A DNA stretch of 64,000 bases. It comes from an uncultured Eubacteriales bacterium. GTDB lineage: Bacteria; Bacillota; Clostridia; Oscillospirales; CAG-272. Under the pieces are notes generated by a model, which did not search any database, was not told the DNA's origin, and worked only from the letters and a program-made list of their open reading frames with translations. This document shows, one piece after another, positions 59,180-64,000 of the stretch. The position numbers and the translations under genes were made by a program. How positions within the stretch are numbered: position 1 is the first letter of the stretch; each line of letters begins with the position of its first letter. Location of the stretch: contig CASGAQ010000001.1 in assembly GCA_949299535.1 (NCBI GenBank), positions 3,886 through 67,885 of the forward strand, read 5' to 3'.

Positions 59180-59878
59180 TTGAAAAAGAACGCTGTATTA
59201 TATCATGTATTCGGACTTTTCCTTTGCCCGATATTTCTTGTCTGCATATTTACGATAATATCATCGCTTGCGACGGCGAATTTTGAATATTTGCCGGAGA
59301 GCCTTGATTTTATGAATGTGTTTTTTAATGACATTGCCGGTTTTGTTTTTGACTTTTCGCTGTTTTTCTTATTGGGCGCGTTCGCTTTTTCGCTCTCTGA
59401 AAAAAGGATTTTTCCGTCTGTTTTCACAGGTGTTGCGGCGCTGTTTCACGGATTGCTGCTCCCGATGCTGCAATTTTTCTTCCGTTCTCTCATACTTCTT
59501 TCTTCCGCGGAAACAGAAGTCATTGAGGCGTATTGGGCTTACGATGTGCAGTCCTCCATCGCAGGCACGCTCACCGTTTGCTTGGGACTTATAATATGCG
59601 GTGCAACTGTTGCTTTCTTTAAGCTTACAAAACGTGAGTCGCGTTTTTCGCGTCCGTATATAGCTCCGTTCAGCGTTCCCGCCGTCGCCGGGATCATCAT
59701 AAGCGGCGGAAATATTCTCTTTTCCGCGCTCTCTTTTGCGTTGGGCAGCGAGTACGGCGCGGCTTATATTGCGAATCTCCTTACAGGTATAGTTGTCCAC
59801 TGCGTCTTTTATTTTGTTATAGTTCTCGGCGCATACTGCCAAAAACGCTTTTTAACGGAGAAAGAAATCCTGAACTGA
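59180..59878 (+). CDS. Hypothetical polytopic membrane protein
   Basis: 232 aa with a TTG start after GGAGG and about 6 hydrophobic segments. No family recognised. Confidence 0.5.
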   Translation: MKKNAVLYHVFGLFLCPIFLVCIFTIISSLATANFEYLPESLDFMNVFFNDIAGFVFDFSLFFLLGAFAFSLSEKRIFPSVFTGVAALFHGLLLPMLQFFFRSLILLSSAETEVIEAYWAYDVQSSIAGTLTVCLGLIICGATVAFFKLTKRESRFSRPYIAPFSVPAVAGIIISGGNILFSALSFALGSEYGAAYIANLLTGIVVHCVFYFVIVLGAYCQKRFLTEKEILN

Positions 59879-60018
59879 TATTGGTAAATTGTCGGTAAAT
59901 TGTTTTTAAATATTTGTTGACAAAAACTATGTATTGGTATAAAATATATAATATAAAGACTAAAGGAGCCTTTTTTAAGCGAATTTAGAGAAATAAAAAT
60001 TTTGGAGGATTGATTACC

Positions 60019-62325
60019 ATGAAAAAACTTATCGCGCTTATGTTAACACTGGCGATGGTCGTGCTTATGGTTGCTGCTTGCGGCGGAAGCGGCGATACAA
60101 CAACTGATCCCGCAGTGACAACAGATGGCACAACAGATGGCACAACAGACGGCACAACAGACGGCACAACAGACGGCACAACAGACGGCACAACAGACGG
60201 CACAACAGACGGCACAACAAGCGGCACGGAAACACCCGACCCTGAGGACTCTCTTGTTATTCACCTCGATTTTGACGAATGGGATATCGACACTAACGTT
60301 ATCACAGACGTAACCGGTAACGGTCATGACGGACAGGTTTACGGTAAAGTAGAGATTGTTGACGGTCCCGAAGGCTTCGGCGATGCGGCAGGCTTTGAAA
60401 ATGTAGGCGACTACATTCAGATCAAAGACGCTCCCGAACTTAACTTCTCAGAAACAGACAGCTTTACGGTTGATTTTTGGTATAAGCTGAGCGACGACAT
60501 TTTTTCCAACCACTCATGGCCTTGTCTCTTTGCAAAAGGACAGCCGGGAGTTTCATCTTATTACGGCATTTGGATAACAGAGGCAAAAAATTACACAGGT
60601 GTAAATTTCGGTGCGGGCACACTCGGTAAGGATAACACAAATACAGCAGGTACATCTGACCTCAAGTCAAATATTTGGCATAGATTCACCGGCGTTTACA
60701 ATGCAGAAAAGGGTACTTTAACAACATATGTTGACGGTATTCCCGGAAAATCTATTTCACAAACTTTTGATTTTACAAATGTTTATGACCTTTTCATCGG
60801 TATAACCGGTAACATGGAGCTTATGCAGCAGTACTTCGGCGCTGTTGACGAATTCAAGATCTACTCCACAGCTCTCAGCTACCTTGATATAACAGGCATA
60901 GAAGTTGAGAAACCCGATGAAGAAAAAGCTATTGTAAGCTTCGACTTTGACGAAATCAAAGACGGCAAGTTCATCGACAGCGTTTCCGGTCTTGAGGCAG
61001 TTATCACAGGCAACGTTACGGTTGGCGAAGGCAAAAACGGCGGCGCAGCTGTATTTTCAGAAGAAAGTACACACCTTACGATTGCTAACAACGAGATCCT
61101 CAACTTTAAGAATAACCAGAGCTTTACTATCGAGATTGTATTTAAAGCAAGCGAAGACCTCTTCTCTGATAACTCTTGGCCCTGCTTGTTCCAGAGAGGC
61201 GCCAAAGGTCTTGGCTGGTACGGAATCTGGTTCAACGGCGAGAACATTCATTGGGGCGGTCAGGCAGGCAACTTTGCTATAAAGAGCGACTTTGACGCCG
61301 AAACAGACTCCGATTGGCATCAAGTGATTATCGTTCAGGATGCTGAATCAGGCTCTATCACTACATACTGCGATGGTATTCCGGGAAAAACTCTCTCTGT
61401 TCAGGATTACACATCCGATATGGATCTTTGGATAGGCGGCAAAGTATACGATGAAGGCGATCCCGAAAGCGATTACCAGAGCTTCTTCGGTTCTATTGAC
61501 CAGTTCACTATCTACAACTATGCTTTTGACGAATCCGATATTCTTGAAGGCACTATCTACGGTTCCGATAAGGAAATCTTTACATATGAGGATTCCGAAA
61601 CAGGCAGCACTCTTAAACTTCCTTATAGAGTTTACTACCCCTCCGACTATGACGAAGAAAGCGACAAAAAATATCCTATCCTTTTCTTCCTCCATGGTCA
61701 CGGCGAATGCGGTGTTGACAACGAACAGCAGATAAAAGTTCTCGGAGCTTCCAACATCCTTCTCGAAGAAGTTGCTTTGGCTGACAATTGCATTATCGTT
61801 GCGCCTCAGTGCGTATGCGACAGCGGCGTAAAGAAAGAATGGGTTGAAGGCGAACCTTGGGGCAAAGGAATTTACGAACGTGAAACACTTCCCGAAAATG
61901 CGACTCTCGGTCTGCGCGCGGCTTCCGCTCTGCTTGACACGTTCCTTGCAAATGACAAGGTCGACAAAGACAGAGTTTACGGCGCAGGTATCTCCATGGG
62001 CGCTTACGGTATCTGGGAACTTATGGCTCGCAGACCTGAAACATTTGCCGCAGCTGTTCCCGTATGCGGCGCAGGTATCTTGAGTTCTGCTGAAGACCTT
62101 GTAGACGTAGATATTTGGGCGTTCCACGGCGATAAAGACACTACGGTAAACATTTCCGGCACACGCGCTATGTATGACGCTATCAAAGCCGCAGGCGGCA
62201 CGAAGATCACATTTACTGTTCTTGAAGGCGTAGATCACAATGCTTGGACTCCTGCATATACAACTGTAAATGAAAACGGTCAGACACCCGCAGAGTGGCT
62301 CCTTCAGCAGACAAAAGCCGACTGA
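60019..62325 (+). CDS. Lipoprotein: (TTDG)n linker + two LamG/concanavalin-like lectin domains + C-terminal alpha/beta-hydrolase esterase
   Basis: Start at the ATG at 60019 after GGAGG. Lipobox LMVAACGG. There are two repeats of the pattern ..DFDE..D.(S/T)GNG..A.V.G.V....G..G.AA.F......L.I......LNF.....FT(V/I)...(F/W)... Esterase motifs: FFLHGHGECG, GISMGAYG (GxSxG), FHGDKDTTV and VDHNAW. Confidence 0.75.
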   Translation: MKKLIALMLTLAMVVLMVAACGGSGDTTTDPAVTTDGTTDGTTDGTTDGTTDGTTDGTTDGTTDGTTSGTETPDPEDSLVIHLDFDEWDIDTNVITDVTGNGHDGQVYGKVEIVDGPEGFGDAAGFENVGDYIQIKDAPELNFSETDSFTVDFWYKLSDDIFSNHSWPCLFAKGQPGVSSYYGIWITEAKNYTGVNFGAGTLGKDNTNTAGTSDLKSNIWHRFTGVYNAEKGTLTTYVDGIPGKSISQTFDFTNVYDLFIGITGNMELMQQYFGAVDEFKIYSTALSYLDITGIEVEKPDEEKAIVSFDFDEIKDGKFIDSVSGLEAVITGNVTVGEGKNGGAAVFSEESTHLTIANNEILNFKNNQSFTIEIVFKASEDLFSDNSWPCLFQRGAKGLGWYGIWFNGENIHWGGQAGNFAIKSDFDAETDSDWHQVIIVQDAESGSITTYCDGIPGKTLSVQDYTSDMDLWIGGKVYDEGDPESDYQSFFGSIDQFTIYNYAFDESDILEGTIYGSDKEIFTYEDSETGSTLKLPYRVYYPSDYDEESDKKYPILFFLHGHGECGVDNEQQIKVLGASNILLEEVALADNCIIVAPQCVCDSGVKKEWVEGEPWGKGIYERETLPENATLGLRAASALLDTFLANDKVDKDRVYGAGISMGAYGIWELMARRPETFAAAVPVCGAGILSSAEDLVDVDIWAFHGDKDTTVNISGTRAMYDAIKAAGGTKITFTVLEGVDHNAWTPAYTTVNENGQTPAEWLLQQTKAD
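60118..60225 (+). repeat. 12-bp in-frame tandem repeat (ACA ACA GAY GGC) x8 plus 1 degenerate unit
   Basis: Encodes TTDG x8 then TTSG, immediately after the lipobox. Confidence 0.95.
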
Positions 62326-62434
62326 TAAAAGATAATATCAAAAAATACCCGCATTTGTCTGGTGTGCGTAAGATAGGAAGCAATAAAATTTCTATAATTA
62401 TGGCATCCGGCAGTTGAGGTTAGTTAAAAAAGAA

Positions 62435-62472
62435 TGAGCGATACTTGGTTTTGAATAACCCGGTATCGCTCA
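62435..62472 (+). terminator. Hairpin terminator after the esterase lipoprotein gene
   Basis: TGAGCGATAC - 18-nt loop - GTATCGCTCA followed by TTTGTATTTT. Confidence 0.5.
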
Positions 62473-62571
62473 TTTGTATTTTCGACAAAGTTCACATTTT
62501 GTTCTATCCACAGGCATACGAAATGGTAATTACAGAACTGATTTGCTGTTAAATTGGATATCTTTATTAAA

Positions 62572-62599
62572 GGGCTGACCATATCGGTCAGCCCTTTTT
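62572..62599 (+). terminator. Orphan terminator-like hairpin with no obvious upstream gene
   Basis: GGGCTGACC-atatc-GGTCAGCCC followed by TTTTT. Confidence 0.45.
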
Positions 62600-62619
62600 A
62601 TTTGGTCACGATTCTTGAA

Positions 62620-62657
62620 TTTTTATGGTCACTATTCAAAAATTGTGACCATAAAAA
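62620..62657. repeat. Perfect 13-bp inverted repeat (candidate operator or recombination site)
   Basis: TTTTTATGGTCAC - 12 nt - GTGACCATAAAAA. An extra GGTCAC half-site lies at 62604-62609. Confidence 0.6.
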
Positions 62658-63066
62658 TGTGATAATCCTTCCTATCAAATCCGTTTTGAAATCTATGAAA
62701 AGAATGTGGCAGATTTTTTCAAGAAATATTAAAAGAAAACTTCTGAAAATGTGAAAATGACGCGGTAATTATACTAATAATAATGTATAGCAAGACAAAT
62801 CTTTTCTACCGGATTGATTTTTGTTTGTAAGGTGTAAACAAATATCTATATTTATTTTTTATCAAATCAAATATTTTTGGTGCATAGCTCAAATTATCAA
62901 TGCAATCAAACAGGAACATATAACGATAATAGAAAAAACAAAATGTAGTTGATTTCTTTTCCTTTGTTTTCAAAAAAGTGAAAAGGCAACCATAAGGAGT
63001 CCTTACGGTCGCCGGTTTTCATTGGTTTGTCCAAGCGCCGATGGCTTGCTGTTCATGATTTGTGCG

Positions 63067-63309
63067 TTATTTGATTTCTTGTTCGATATGATCAAAGAGA
63101 TTGCAATCAAAAAATTCACGTATCGATATTTCAAAATCATCACAGAGTTTTTTTATTGTAACTATCCCCGGGTTCTGACTTTTTTCATTTAATATACTAT
63201 ATATGGTCGATGGTGTAACCCCGGACAAATTGGCGAGAGCATTGACAGTAATATGCTTCTCCTCACATAATTGTAATATTCTTTTTGCGACTGCTTCTTT
63301 TGTATTCAA
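63067..63309 (-). CDS. XRE-family HTH repressor (Cro/CI-like)
   Basis: 80 aa. Sequence: AKRILQLCEEKHITVNALANLSGVTPSTIYSILNEKSQNPGIVTIKKLCDDFEISIREFF. Confidence 0.8.
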   Translation of the reverse strand: MNTKEAVAKRILQLCEEKHITVNALANLSGVTPSTIYSILNEKSQNPGIVTIKKLCDDFEISIREFFDCNLFDHIEQEIK

Positions 63310-63358
63310 GATAACCCCTGCTTTTCATAGATATCTATATGTTAATATTTTACACAAA

Positions 63359-63387
63359 CGTGCGATTTATCGCGTGCGATATATCGC
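63359..63387. promoter_or_regulatory. Two tandem palindromic operator-like sites in the divergent promoter region
   Basis: CGTGCGATTTATCGC and (C)GTGCGATATATCGC, with a 14-bp period. Each contains GCGAT-WW-ATCGC. They lie between the XRE gene and the recombinase gene. Confidence 0.55.
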
Positions 63388-63413
63388 ATTGTTTTTTTTT
63401 AAGTGTGTTATAA

Positions 63414-64000
<587 letters not shown>

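Noticed and set aside
59985-60327. Repeat-peptide ORFs (PSVV)n, (AVCC)n and (TAQQ)n overlapping the 12-bp repeat
   Set aside because: They are alternative-frame or antisense readings of the (ACAACAGAYGGC)n tract of the lipoprotein gene. The lipoprotein frame has the RBS, the signal peptide and downstream domains.
62554-62754. 66-aa ORF spanning the orphan hairpin and the 13-bp inverted repeat
   Set aside because: It uses a non-ATG start with no RBS, and its coding sequence consists of the hairpin and inverted-repeat DNA. It is more plausibly regulatory or recombination-site DNA.

Overview
This window is the replication-origin region of a Firmicutes/Clostridia-type chromosome, and most of it is conserved housekeeping genes. 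All calls come from reading the sequence and the ORF track by eye; no searches were run.

Gene content:
- Origin-proximal genes: rlmH, mnmG, rsmG, a Noc-like ParB paralog, three parS sites, soj/parA, spo0J/parB and serS.
- Replication and repair block: ahcY, dnaA, an oriC DnaA-box cluster, dnaN, recF, a DUF370 gene, gyrB, gyrA, recA and recX.
- Other recognisable genes: galK, rbsK, efp, an M24 peptidase, a GH78 rhamnosidase, a ymdB-like gene, a DUF1846 gene, a ThrE-family exporter, an NCS2 permease, pepV, pflB/pflA and rny.

Accessory parts:
- 1-3.6 kb: two tandem lipoprotein genes with an ADP-ribosylglycohydrolase fold, one of them decayed.
- 37.4-39.3 kb: a visibly AT-richer islet with an XRE-TPR regulator next to a hairpin-dense stretch without ORFs.
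- 51.2-62.3 kb: a cell-surface locus with a 1615-aa SLH protein, a lipoprotein paralog of its C-terminal module, an orphan priming sugar transferase and a LamG-LamG-esterase lipoprotein.
- 62.3-64.0 kb: the edge of a probable mobile element (XRE repressor plus serine recombinase).

I found no canonical defence, toxin or CRISPR system. The observations I consider most worth follow-up are:
1. A naturally split pyruvate formate-lyase: a 701-aa core lacking the glycyl-radical domain, followed by a separately translated 80-aa GrcA-like glycyl-radical ORF.
2. A structured repeat family that sits directly after the stop codons of + strand genes. One locus has expanded into an 89-bp tandem array (about 3.7 copies) filling the whole ymdB-ahcY spacer.
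3. A cluster of four perfect copies of the oriC-type DnaA box inside recX.
4. A paralog carrying three in-frame stop codons and no frameshift.
5. Duplication of the C-terminal module of the SLH giant protein as a lipoprotein.
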